Shown here piece by piece: positions 39,819-49,800 of a DNA stretch of 64,000 nt. The notes below the pieces were generated by a model, which saw nothing but the letters and a program-made list of their open reading frames with translations, was not told the DNA's origin and did not search any database. The stretch lies in assembly GCA_026395795.1 (NCBI GenBank), contig JAPLYB010000040.1, positions 5,464 through 69,463 of the forward strand. The letters are read 5' to 3'. The position numbers and the translations under genes are program-made. Source of the DNA: Candidatus Pacearchaeota archaeon. Lineage in GTDB: Archaea; Nanobdellota; Nanobdellia; Pacearchaeales; UBA284. How positions within the stretch are numbered: the first letter of the stretch is position 1; each line of letters starts with the position of its first letter.

Positions 39819-39924
39819 TTTCTGTTCTACATAAAAGAAGGATTAGGTTTTTATATTCTTCTCACAATTTGATTAAGCAAGTAATATAGATAATAGATAA
39901 TACATAATAAAAAAGGGGCAGTGT

Positions 39925-42000
39925 ATGAAAGATATGAAGAATATGAAAGATGATATTGAAAAAAAGATTGAAAAGCCGGTGTTTGATGATGCAAATTATA
40001 AAAAGAAAAAAATCAAAAAGAGACTTTTTTGGTTGATAATAATCTTATTTGTTGTTTTGGTTATTCCTTTTACACCAAAATTAATTTCTGAGTTTAATGA
40101 TCTTTCTGGAAAAGATATTGTGATAAAGGTTGATTCAAATAAACAAGACTTCTTTCTAAAAAACGGGGAGCAAGAAAATGTAAGTTTCAAAATTTCATTA
40201 AGAGGTAATTCTCTTTGTACCGCTAAATGTTCCCATAAATTTTTAGACATAAGCACAAACCAATCAGTAAAGAAAGAAAATTTTACACTTGGAGCATTAT
40301 CACAGACAGTTTCTTTTGCTTTATCTCCAAAACACTTGGGAAAAGGACAAGAGTTATATAGACTTGACTTGGTTTGCCAAGGCAGATATACTGCCCTATG
40401 CCACACAAGCCAAAGAGAGTCGTCAATAAAGATACTTGTAACACTGCAACATAATCTTAATGATGAAGAAAATATAATAAAAGATAATTCCATTCTAAAG
40501 TTGACTGCATTCAATGATAAAGTAAACAACTGGCACACTAACTTAGATTCTTTTATAGTACTACTAAATGAAATGAATAAGTCAACATATGTTGACAAGT
40601 TATTAAATGAAACCTCAGTTTTGGAAGAAAACCTAAAAGACATTGATAAAAACATAGTAAAACTGCAAAAGCTATGGAAAGAACAAGACTTGTTTGCATT
40701 AGAAACAGAAATCACTTCCAGTCAATCTCTTTTTGAAAGTTACGGAAAGAATTTTTCTAGGATAAATGAGAAAATTGATGAAAATGTATCTAGATACAAT
40801 GAATTAGTATTCAAGGTAAATTCAGTTATAAGCATGTTAGACGAAATGAGAACTGCAATTATTCTTAACTTAACAAATTTCTCAAGGGGACAAGAAGTCA
40901 ATCAGACAATAAATGAGTTTAACGCTGCTTTGATAATCCTTGAACAAAAGAATTATCTTGAAATAAAAGAACAATCAATTCTTCCTGTTCTCCAAAAAAC
41001 AACAGAACTTTATTCAGATTTCAAGTCTCAGACCTTTGGGATAATTGTAAAGCCGAACCCTATGCCAGAGAAGGATTATACAGAGATTAACAAAACAAAG
41101 CTGACTAAGATAGAAATAATACAAATTCCTTTCTCAAATCACATCACCTTTGAAAAGCCTGCTGAACAATGCTGCATCAAAAATGAATGTGAAGACTGTT
41201 GTTTATCAGGAATTTGTCAAGAAGAAAACCTTCCGATACTTTTTGTTCACGGTCATGATTTTAGTAAATACGCTCCAGCAGAATATAATTTAGATATTCA
41301 AAGCAAGATACAAGAAAGATTAGAAGAAGAAAACTTCATAGACGCAGGATCGATATACATCGACTCAAAAATAGATTATCCAGGAGTATGGGGAAATGCA
41401 AATGTTCCCATAACATTGAGATCAAGCTATTATTTTGGTTTGAAAAACGAATCTGGGCAATACATCTTAGTACAGACAAAAGAGGAGAATATCACAGAAT
41501 ATGCGACCAGATTAAAACAATTGATTGATATTATAAAATATAAAACCGGCAAACCAAAAGTTGTCATTGTTGCGTACAGCATGGGTGGTCTCGTTTCTCG
41601 AAGATACTTGCAGTTGTTCGGAGAACAGGATGTTGATAAACTCATTCTTTTTGCAACACCAAACCAGGGGATTGAGGGAGAGATTTCAAGTGCTTGTCCA
41701 TTAATTGGGGGCAAGAAAGAATGTGAAGATATGAATGTTAACAGCACATTCATGAAAGAATTAAGTCAAGCTCCAAAAATACAGATTTCGGTTTACGCGA
41801 TAATTGGAACAGGATGTACAATGCTGCAAGGGAAGGGAGATGGTATTGTTCTTGAAAAGAACGCAAGGCTTGAAGGAGCAAAAACTTTTGTAGTAAAGGG
41901 TGATTGTTCTGAAGGATTTTTACACACAAAAATTAATGATCCAGATCTTTATCCTCAAGCATATGGGATTATAGAAGAAATTCTGAAGGGTGAAACTTGA
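39925..42000 (+). CDS. membrane-anchored protein with C-terminal alpha/beta-hydrolase (PGAP1/DUF676-like lipase/esterase) domain
   Basis: N-terminal TM, LFVHGHD oxyanion-hole-like motif, AYSMGG GxSxG nucleophile elbow. Confidence 0.5.
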   Translation: MKDMKNMKDDIEKKIEKPVFDDANYKKKKIKKRLFWLIIILFVVLVIPFTPKLISEFNDLSGKDIVIKVDSNKQDFFLKNGEQENVSFKISLRGNSLCTAKCSHKFLDISTNQSVKKENFTLGALSQTVSFALSPKHLGKGQELYRLDLVCQGRYTALCHTSQRESSIKILVTLQHNLNDEENIIKDNSILKLTAFNDKVNNWHTNLDSFIVLLNEMNKSTYVDKLLNETSVLEENLKDIDKNIVKLQKLWKEQDLFALETEITSSQSLFESYGKNFSRINEKIDENVSRYNELVFKVNSVISMLDEMRTAIILNLTNFSRGQEVNQTINEFNAALIILEQKNYLEIKEQSILPVLQKTTELYSDFKSQTFGIIVKPNPMPEKDYTEINKTKLTKIEIIQIPFSNHITFEKPAEQCCIKNECEDCCLSGICQEENLPILFVHGHDFSKYAPAEYNLDIQSKIQERLEEENFIDAGSIYIDSKIDYPGVWGNANVPITLRSSYYFGLKNESGQYILVQTKEENITEYATRLKQLIDIIKYKTGKPKVVIVAYSMGGLVSRRYLQLFGEQDVDKLILFATPNQGIEGEISSACPLIGGKKECEDMNVNSTFMKELSQAPKIQISVYAIIGTGCTMLQGKGDGIVLEKNARLEGAKTFVVKGDCSEGFLHTKINDPDLYPQAYGIIEEILKGET

Positions 42001-42117
42001 TTATTCTAAACCTCTAGAGATGAAAAAACTCTTTAGCATTTTTATCTGTTTGCTTTTCAATTTCTTCATTTTTAAATTAAAACATAAGTATAAATAACCC
42101 AGAGATAGTAATTTAAT

Positions 42118-43092
42118 ATGGTCCAATATCCTTCAACAGCTCTTGCTATTCTTAAAAAAGCCAGATGTCCTAATTGTAATAACAAGGTATTGGGTTGGAA
42201 TGAAGAGGTATATTCTTCTTGGTTAAAATATCTAAACGGTAAAAACCGCGATCAACTGATAAAAGATACCTCTTTTTCAAACTATGTATCTTTAAAGTAT
42301 CATTTCAAAAAACACCCTTGCTATAAAAAAATTGCATATATTAGAAAGAGATACTTTAGGATAGTTAAAACAACAGTTAAAAATAACATTGAAGATCACC
42401 CTTGGTTACTGGGTTTTTATTACGCGGATGGATTTACCCGTACAAACAGAACTCAATTGGCTTTTGTCCCAAGTAAAAACGAGGAAATCATAGCCGATCG
42501 TATAGAAAAAGAGTTAAAAAGTCTTCTAGAAGGAGAAATTTGTATTAATCGTGATTATATTGATAATATGATTCAAGTGCGTACTCACAGTTGTGAACTT
42601 GCTCGATCTTTCCCAGATAAAAAATCTGAAAAACAATTTAAGAAAATTTGGGATTCCTTGAACACTGAATCTAAAAAGAAGTTAATAGCCGGATTTATTG
42701 ACGGGGACGGTTCTTGTCAATTTGATGTGGGAGTAAATTCCATTCAGGTATACAGTAAAATTGTTCCCTTTATTTTGAGACCATTTAAAGAATTTTTATC
42801 TTATTTTGGCCATGTATCACAACAAAACTATAATTTATACCTATCTCCCAACATCGGAAAGCTATTAAAACCATATATAGAAAAAAGAAACATATCTTCA
42901 CCTTATGAAGGGAAGGTAGATACAAAGAAAGCCTTTAACTTCCTAAAAAATGACATACCAATGCGAGAAATAGCTAGACAGATGCACAAAGACCGAAAAA
43001 CTATTTCCTTGGCTCTAAAAAAGGTGTATGGTCCATCAAAAATACAAATCTATTTGAATAGGTATAACACCAAATTAAACTCGAATAGGTAA
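42118..43092 (+). CDS. free-standing LAGLIDADG-family protein with N-terminal CxxC zinc-finger-like motif
   Basis: LLGFYYADGF and LIAGFIDGDGSCQ motifs, CPNCNNK near N-terminus. Confidence 0.5.
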   Translation: MVQYPSTALAILKKARCPNCNNKVLGWNEEVYSSWLKYLNGKNRDQLIKDTSFSNYVSLKYHFKKHPCYKKIAYIRKRYFRIVKTTVKNNIEDHPWLLGFYYADGFTRTNRTQLAFVPSKNEEIIADRIEKELKSLLEGEICINRDYIDNMIQVRTHSCELARSFPDKKSEKQFKKIWDSLNTESKKKLIAGFIDGDGSCQFDVGVNSIQVYSKIVPFILRPFKEFLSYFGHVSQQNYNLYLSPNIGKLLKPYIEKRNISSPYEGKVDTKKAFNFLKNDIPMREIARQMHKDRKTISLALKKVYGPSKIQIYLNRYNTKLNSNR

Positions 43093-43854
43093 GGAAAAAA
43101 GATTAACTGCATTTTTGCCACAGATTTCAAAGACTTCTTTTAAGGAAACTTTTTTTATTTTAGCTATTTCTTCAGCAGGGATTAGGATATTAGTGGGATC
43201 TCCCCTTAAAACTTTGCCTTCAGAATCATTACCCCCAAACCAAGGAGAATCAGTTTCTAACATCAATCTTTCAATAGGCATATCTCTTACTACTTTTTTG
43301 TGCTTCTTTGAATGTGCAATTACTGGTCCAACAGAAACATACCAGTTGTTATCAATAATTTCCTTAACAAATTTGTTATCTCCCCACATATGCAATTGTA
43401 CTTTTTTAGCCCCATTTTCTTCAAGGATTCTTATAACTTCCTCGTGTGCATCTCTTGTATGTACTACAAGAACTTTATCCAAATCCTTAGCTAATTTTAT
43501 AGATTTTACAAAAAGTTCTTTTTGTTTTTCTCTTAATTTTTGATCTTTAATCCAAAAATAATCCAAACCTTGTTCTCCTATTCCATAAAGGACATCTTTA
43601 TTTTCTCTCAACCAATTAAAAGCTTTTTCTATTTTTCCATCTGTTAAATTTTCTACTTCTGCTGGATGAACCCCCCCAACAAGAAAAACAAAATCTTTAT
43701 AGTCTTGACTTATCTTTTTTGCTTTTTCAAAATCCTTTGGGTGCGCACAATTAGAAATTATTGCTTTAATCCCGAAATCTTTACATTTTTTTATAACTTT
43801 ATCTAAATCTTGGTCATATTCTTTCTGTTCTAAATGACAATGTGCATCTATCAT
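43075..43854 (-). CDS. tatD: TatD-family metal-dependent hydrolase/DNase
   Basis: MIDAHCHL N-terminal His motif, 259 aa TIM-barrel length. Confidence 0.8.
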   Translation of the reverse strand: MIDAHCHLEQKEYDQDLDKVIKKCKDFGIKAIISNCAHPKDFEKAKKISQDYKDFVFLVGGVHPAEVENLTDGKIEKAFNWLRENKDVLYGIGEQGLDYFWIKDQKLREKQKELFVKSIKLAKDLDKVLVVHTRDAHEEVIRILEENGAKKVQLHMWGDNKFVKEIIDNNWYVSVGPVIAHSKKHKKVVRDMPIERLMLETDSPWFGGNDSEGKVLRGDPTNILIPAEEIAKIKKVSLKEVFEICGKNAVNLFSLPIRV

Positions 43855-43909
43855 GTTTTAATTAAGATAAGGGTTAAATTTAAAAGTTTCTAATTCATGA
43901 GTGAGTTGA

Positions 43910-44032
43910 GGACCCGTAGCTCAGTTTGGATAGAGCACTTGCCTTCTAAAGGCTCTCTTTAAAAAAGAGACCCTGGAGAGAAATCTCAAAAAAGACAGCA
44001 AGGGGTCGCAGGTTCAAATCCTGTCGGGCCCG
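43910..44032 (+). tRNA. tRNA-Arg (anticodon TCT) with ~48-nt intron at canonical position 37/38
   Basis: Manual fold: acceptor GGACCCG/CGGGCCC (one A:C at 3:70), D-arm GCTC...GAGC, anticodon stem CTTGC/GCAAG around loop CTTCTAA, T-arm GCAGG-TTCAAAT-CCTGT, discriminator G; 48 nt between the anticodon loop and the 3' anticodon-stem strand. Confidence 0.7.
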
Positions 44033-44082
44033 TACCCCTTTGGGTTCGGAACCTTTATATAGTCGAGGAATGTGCTATATAC

Positions 44083-45357
44083 ATGGTTAAGAACATCGAG
44101 GAATATTCAGAACTTCTCGAGGACAAAGACCTCAGAAGATGGTACGAGAATGTTGGTAGAGGATCAAAGATAACTGCGGATGTTTATCTGAGAAGACTTG
44201 GCAACTTCTATAGAACTTATAAGAAAACTCCGAAGGAACTAATCAAGTTAAGTGAGAGAGGTGTTTACAACTTGATTCTGGATGTTATCGGAGATATGGA
44301 AAGCAAGAAATTTTCTGGGAGTTATATTCATTCTGTTATAAAGGCAATAAAGTCATGGTTAGCATTCAATGGCAAGGATATAAAGCGAAAAATAAGAATT
44401 AAGGGAGTTCAGGAAACCCCAACACTAGACAACGAAAGAATCCCTACACAAGACGAATTAAAAAAGATATTTTTGGCAGGGGATGAAAAAACAAGAACAG
44501 CATGCGCATTTCTTGCTCATTCTGGCTTGAGGCCCGAGGTGCTTGGGAATTATCGTGGAGATGACGGATTAAAAATAAGCGATCTTCCTGAACTTGAGAT
44601 TAAGGGCGATAAAGTTGAATTTAAAAAAATACCCGCCTTAATAAGAGTAAGGCCAACTTTAAGCAAAACAGGAAAAGAATACCTTACTTTCCTAAGTGAA
44701 GAAGGTTGTGAATATCTTAAAGCATATCTTGAAATGAGATTAAGAACAGGGAAATTAACAGAAAATTCAGCGATTATAACGCCAAAGCTGGCAAATAAAG
44801 AATTTATTACATCAATTAACATTGGAGATGCAATCAGGAAAGCCTTAAGAAAATCTGGTTTTCCTTGGCGTCCTTATGTTCTTAGGTCTTATTTTGATAC
44901 TCAAATGATGATAGCTGAATCAAAAGGCTTGATAATAAGGGATTACAGAACCTTCTTTATGGGGCATAAAGGAGATATCGAGCATGTTTATACACTCAAC
45001 AAAAAAAGGCTTCCAGAAAACATAGTAGAGAACCTCAGAGAATCCTATAAGAAAGCGCAAAAATACCTGCAAACAGGAGAAACTGGGAAGGATGAAGAAA
45101 TAACTAAATCATTCAAAAAACAACTATTGCTTGTCGCTGGCTTTAAAACTAGTGAGATTGAAGATAGCCAGTTAGCCCTTAATGATGATGAGTTTCAGAA
45201 GTTAGTAAGGGGGAAACTTCTTAAGAGTATGGAGAACAATGGCATCAAGCAAAAAATAATTCCCACAGCGCATATTGAAAATTATATAACGCAAGGATGG
45301 GAATTTGTATCAAACCTGCCGGATAATCGTGCAGTTATCCGAGTGCCCGAGAATTAA
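44083..45357 (+). CDS. int: tyrosine recombinase / integrase (intact, tRNA-adjacent)
   Basis: C-terminal catalytic region with AHSGLRPEVLG (Arg), HKGDIEHVYT (His..Tyr) motifs; 51 nt downstream of tRNA-Arg. Confidence 0.75.
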   Translation: MVKNIEEYSELLEDKDLRRWYENVGRGSKITADVYLRRLGNFYRTYKKTPKELIKLSERGVYNLILDVIGDMESKKFSGSYIHSVIKAIKSWLAFNGKDIKRKIRIKGVQETPTLDNERIPTQDELKKIFLAGDEKTRTACAFLAHSGLRPEVLGNYRGDDGLKISDLPELEIKGDKVEFKKIPALIRVRPTLSKTGKEYLTFLSEEGCEYLKAYLEMRLRTGKLTENSAIITPKLANKEFITSINIGDAIRKALRKSGFPWRPYVLRSYFDTQMMIAESKGLIIRDYRTFFMGHKGDIEHVYTLNKKRLPENIVENLRESYKKAQKYLQTGETGKDEEITKSFKKQLLLVAGFKTSEIEDSQLALNDDEFQKLVRGKLLKSMENNGIKQKIIPTAHIENYITQGWEFVSNLPDNRAVIRVPEN

Positions 45358-45677
45358 TCTCCCTTTTCTTTTTCTTTATACAAGAAAAACAATATAGGAA
45401 TAGCATCTTTGGATTTTTTCATTTTTCTTAATTCTTTTTCAAAATCTTTCTGATTCTCATGAAAAATCATCTTGTAAGAGAATTTTGATTTTTTATCTTC
45501 TAATTGAGGGAATTTATCTAAAAACTTTTTCTTAAGCCTTATTAAATTCCATGCGCCTTGATTAGTGGTATAAGAGACTATTCCTTTAACACAAACACTT
45601 GGAGTAACTGGTCTTAATACCTGTAAATCACTATCTTTAATTTCCTCATCTCTAAGGTCTTCTTTTACAAGAGTCAT
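45354..45677 (-). CDS. hypothetical protein (107 aa)
   Basis: ORF only, convergent with integrase. Confidence 0.3.
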   Translation of the reverse strand: MTLVKEDLRDEEIKDSDLQVLRPVTPSVCVKGIVSYTTNQGAWNLIRLKKKFLDKFPQLEDKKSKFSYKMIFHENQKDFEKELRKMKKSKDAIPILFFLYKEKEKGD

Positions 45678-46140
45678 TCTTTCACCACCTTGTAAGCAGA
45701 ATTTAGATAATTCTCACATAAAATGCAACACAGAACATAAACATAAAACCCCAAACATGAAATGAATGGGGTTGGCATGTTACATGCCCTCCTTAAAGTA
45801 CATAACAGGAATCTTAAATACAAGAAAGTTAATATAAAACAGAACTGACTCTAATTTCTCATTCTTCAAATTACTCTGAAGCTTGATCATGTTTTTCCTA
45901 TCAAACTCTTTAACGCCATCAAGGGTTTTTATCTACTCTAACATATATTTTCAAGTATATATAAAGCTTTCTAATAGTATCACTGCAAAATGACAAACGA
46001 TAGAAAAATTTAAAAGAGCTGAAGTCTTATTTTATGAATCGCCCATTTTTTAAAAACCAGAATATAAAGAGGTTCAACTATTGACCGAAGATTTACATAA
46101 TTTTTATAAAGCTCGACAACTATACTTCATTAATAGGAAA

Positions 46141-46890
46141 ATGAGTAAAAGAGGACAAGTTACTTTATTTGTAATTATCGCGATTATTATAGTTGCTTTA
46201 GCTTTGTCCTTCTTTTTTATATTTAAAGAAAAGATTGCTATCCCAAGAATAGATCCAAAACAAATCATAGAAACGAGAACAAGAATGGATTACATCTCTG
46301 AGAAGTCAACTTATGATATTCTTTACAAAATTGGTGAACAAGGGGGTTATTTAGATTTACCCCCACAGTCTTTAATAACTGAAAACAAACAAATAGCCTA
46401 TTCACTTTATGATAATAAGAATAATCTTCCTTCTTTGAGTTTTATTGAAAACGAAATTTCAGATTATACGGAAAAAACCATTGTTTTTTATTTAAATGAT
46501 TATTACAGAACAAATTCAACAAGTTCAAACATAAACTCAACAAATTTTGATTTTGATAATATAAGTGTCCAAACAATCATACAAAATGAGGAGATTATAA
46601 TTAAAACTAGTCTTCCAACAACAATTCAGGGCAAAAATGATGAAACTTTTCACATAGATTCTTATACAACGACAGTTCCATTTCAGTTTGGTTATGTTTA
46701 TTCTATTGCTAAAGATATTACAGAAAGAAGATTAAGACATCAAGCAATAGACGAATCTTATTTCAGAAACAAGGCTCTTTCAGTTGATGTAATTCCTATA
46801 GACTCAACAAAAATCATCTATAGTTTAAAGAAGTTCGATAATGCAAACAATAAAACCTTTGTCTTCAATGTAGCTTTTTTTGAACCATGA
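46141..46890 (+). CDS. type IV pilin-like protein (class III signal peptide, SKRG|QVTLF)
   Basis: MSKRGQVTLFVIIAIIIVALALSFFFIF; ATG at 46141 preferred over TTG at 46081; shares GGYLD block with the other two pilin-like proteins; stop overlaps the giant-gene start (ATGA). Confidence 0.5.
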   Translation: MSKRGQVTLFVIIAIIIVALALSFFFIFKEKIAIPRIDPKQIIETRTRMDYISEKSTYDILYKIGEQGGYLDLPPQSLITENKQIAYSLYDNKNNLPSLSFIENEISDYTEKTIVFYLNDYYRTNSTSSNINSTNFDFDNISVQTIIQNEEIIIKTSLPTTIQGKNDETFHIDSYTTTVPFQFGYVYSIAKDITERRLRHQAIDESYFRNKALSVDVIPIDSTKIIYSLKKFDNANNKTFVFNVAFFEP

Positions 46891-49800
46891 AAAGAAAAAC
46901 AAACCAACAGATGATTAAAAGTGTAATTTCAATGTTTATAATTATCCTAATTATATCCACAACTTTTTCAAGTTCAGTCCAGATTGCAAAAGCAGATGAA
47001 ACCTTAAATCCTGAACAAAGCACAAAACTATTGGAACTTTTACATGATAAAACTTCAGCTTCAGCATATTTTTCAAACAAAGCAAACTTTAATCAAGATC
47101 CTTTTCTAAGCCAAGCTTATTTTGGAAACATTTCTACTTCTACATTTTCTTTTTGGAGAGATAAAAATTTAGTGTATAATAGCCAGAATAATGAGATAAG
47201 CAATAGCAAGTTCGTAATAAACTTAAATGATTTTTACCAAGACTCTTTGTTTTTTTATGGGGATAAAAGCATTGAGCTTAATGGAAACAAAATTTATGGA
47301 AATGCATATATATCAAAGGCAAATGATACTTTTGAAGAAACATTTATTCTTAAAACTAATTTTCCAAATCTTGATAAGATTCTTGTAACTTTCAAAAGCA
47401 ATAATGCAACAATAAATATCACCCCCGACAGCCTAGTTTTTCAGGGGCATGTTGTTGTAGATGTTTTCCTAAAAACCAAAAGAAAAATCTCTTTTGAATC
47501 ATTTAGTATCACAAAAATAAATAAAGACCTAAAAATAGAATCAAGAGATTCTTCATTAACTTTGTCAAAAATCTTTGAGCCAACTCAAAATAACTTTGAG
47601 TTTTATTTTCCAGAACACAAATTTCAAGGAACATCAATAATCTTCTTCAAAAATGCGAGCATTGACTCAATAGATAAAGCACAATTAATAAACTCTTCAT
47701 ATTTTGACGATAATTTTTATGCCAATTATAATAGTGGCTTCTTTTCTTATACTTTAAACAAGCAAAACTTATTTTTTAATTCAAAACCAACAACCTCGGG
47801 AATATTCATAGATTCAAATAAAATAACTGCTCGGGGAATTTTCTCAATATTTATTGACAAATCGCGCTTAAATATAAACTCTGAAAATGGAAATTCGGTT
47901 TTAGAGTATTCATGGACAAAAACGAATGATAATTATAACTATGAATATAGTGCAAATGGGAATTTAAGTATAGATACGAGAGATTATAGCACTAGAGGAG
48001 ATTTAAAAATTTCTGAGAAAACAACAGATAATATAAAAAATTTAGATGTCTCTTTACAATCAAGCCAATCAGCTGTATTAAAAATAAAAGTGTATTCTGA
48101 TGATTCTTACTTTTCAGAAGCTTTAGATATTCCTATAACCCTCAAAAAATCTACTAGTTCCTTTTTAATTGATGAAAAAACACTAAAACAGATAACTGAG
48201 TTAAAAACGAAAAACGGAATAGGTCTTTATTATTCAAAGATAAAAGTAACTACAGGAAATAATGTTCTTAATATAGACCCAGAGACTAGTTGGTTTAATA
48301 CAATTCAAATAGACAAATCAATTACGGGTCAGACTATAATAAACATTATTGGCAAAGCAATTCAAAATAATCCTGAAACAGAACCAGAAGGCAAGTTTAA
48401 TGTTCTTTCCCCAGACCAAGTTTCTCAAGAAATAGGACAAGTTAATGATGAAATTTGGATTGATGGTGTGCAAAATGCAAAACTTGAGACTTTTGCTCGA
48501 GCATTAAGGGAAGCAAAATGGCAACAAGCCTCTTCAATTCTTTCAGGGTTTAAGTCTTCAGGGGATGAAACAAACTTAGCCATATACAGTAGAATAAAAG
48601 AAAATGACCCCATTCTTGTTGAACAACTAGAGTCGAATCAATTTTCCTCTACCTTTTTTAAGAACCTCGCAAATTCTATAGATTATCTAAAAAAATCAGA
48701 AACAGCTGAACAAGAGTATTCTAATATTCAAAAACAGTTTTCAGCTAAAAATCTAAAGTATGATGTTTCTCCAGTAGAACTAGAATGCAAGAATAAATAC
48801 CTTCTTTATAACAGATTTCAGATTATTTCTCAGTCTGGAGAAAATTCAGAACAATCTCCAGTAGAATACAAAGCAAGTGAGATTGCAAGTTCAATTGGAG
48901 TTTCAGTTTATCAGCTATATCAATTAAACAAAGATCAATTACTTGGTGCTATTTATGATTTTGATAAAAACGAGATAATTGATTCAAAAACAAATGAACC
49001 TTTCTTATTTAATGAAAATATTACTTTTCTTGCTCCAGACACGCCCCTTACTTTGTCGGCAAAAGAACAATTTGTTGAATCTCTAAGAACACAAGTTTAT
49101 GCTTCAAGATACTACAAAACAGCTTATTCTGGGATAAAAAGCTTAACAACTGCGGATGAAGACGCAAGACAGCAAGTAGATAATCTAAATAATCAAATCG
49201 CAAATGACAAGAAAGTTTATGCTTTCCACAAATTCTTAAGAGATAATCAAATAGACAAAAAAATTCACGATAAAAAATATAGTGAAGCTTCTCAATTACT
49301 TGATAAATACCCTGAAAAATCATTTGTTTCTCAGTATATAAAAGAAAAACTGCAAGATAAAGAAATTGATTTTTCGCAAGGGGATATTTATGCTATGCCC
49401 ATAGATGAACAAACTCCTGGATTTGGTTTTACTGGAATGATTGTTGCTAATACAGAAACATTTTCAAGAAATCCCCTAATTCAAACTTTAATGGGAGTAG
49501 ATTCTTCTGTAAAATCTGGATTAGAGTCAGGTATAATTAAAAATTTCAGAGAGCAACTTGGATTAAATAAAGAAAGTTTATTGGATTCAGATGCATTAGA
49601 ACTTCTTGCTTCATACAACGCTCTTGAAGAGTATACTAACAAATACAAACAAATAGAAGTAGGCATTAATGACAAAACAATTATTCCTAGCGAAGCACTT
49701 GAAGAAGAAATTGCTATAATCAATCAAAAAATAGCAGATTACACTAAAAAAAGCGATAATCTTTGGTTTAATGCTTACAGAAAGTTTATGCTTTCTTCAA

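Noticed and set aside
39517-39834. 105-aa plus-strand ORF
   Set aside because: Overlaps almost completely with minus-strand ORF 39495..39818, which has three clean TM helices; treated as antisense artefact.
39996-40715. 239-aa minus-strand ORF inside the alpha/beta-hydrolase gene
   Set aside because: Antisense to a gene with catalytic motifs; low-complexity Ser/Phe-rich translation typical of AT-rich antisense frames.
46081-46140. TTG-initiated extension of pilin-like ORF
   Set aside because: The track start is a TTG codon; the ATG at 46141 gives the canonical short basic leader before KRG|Q.
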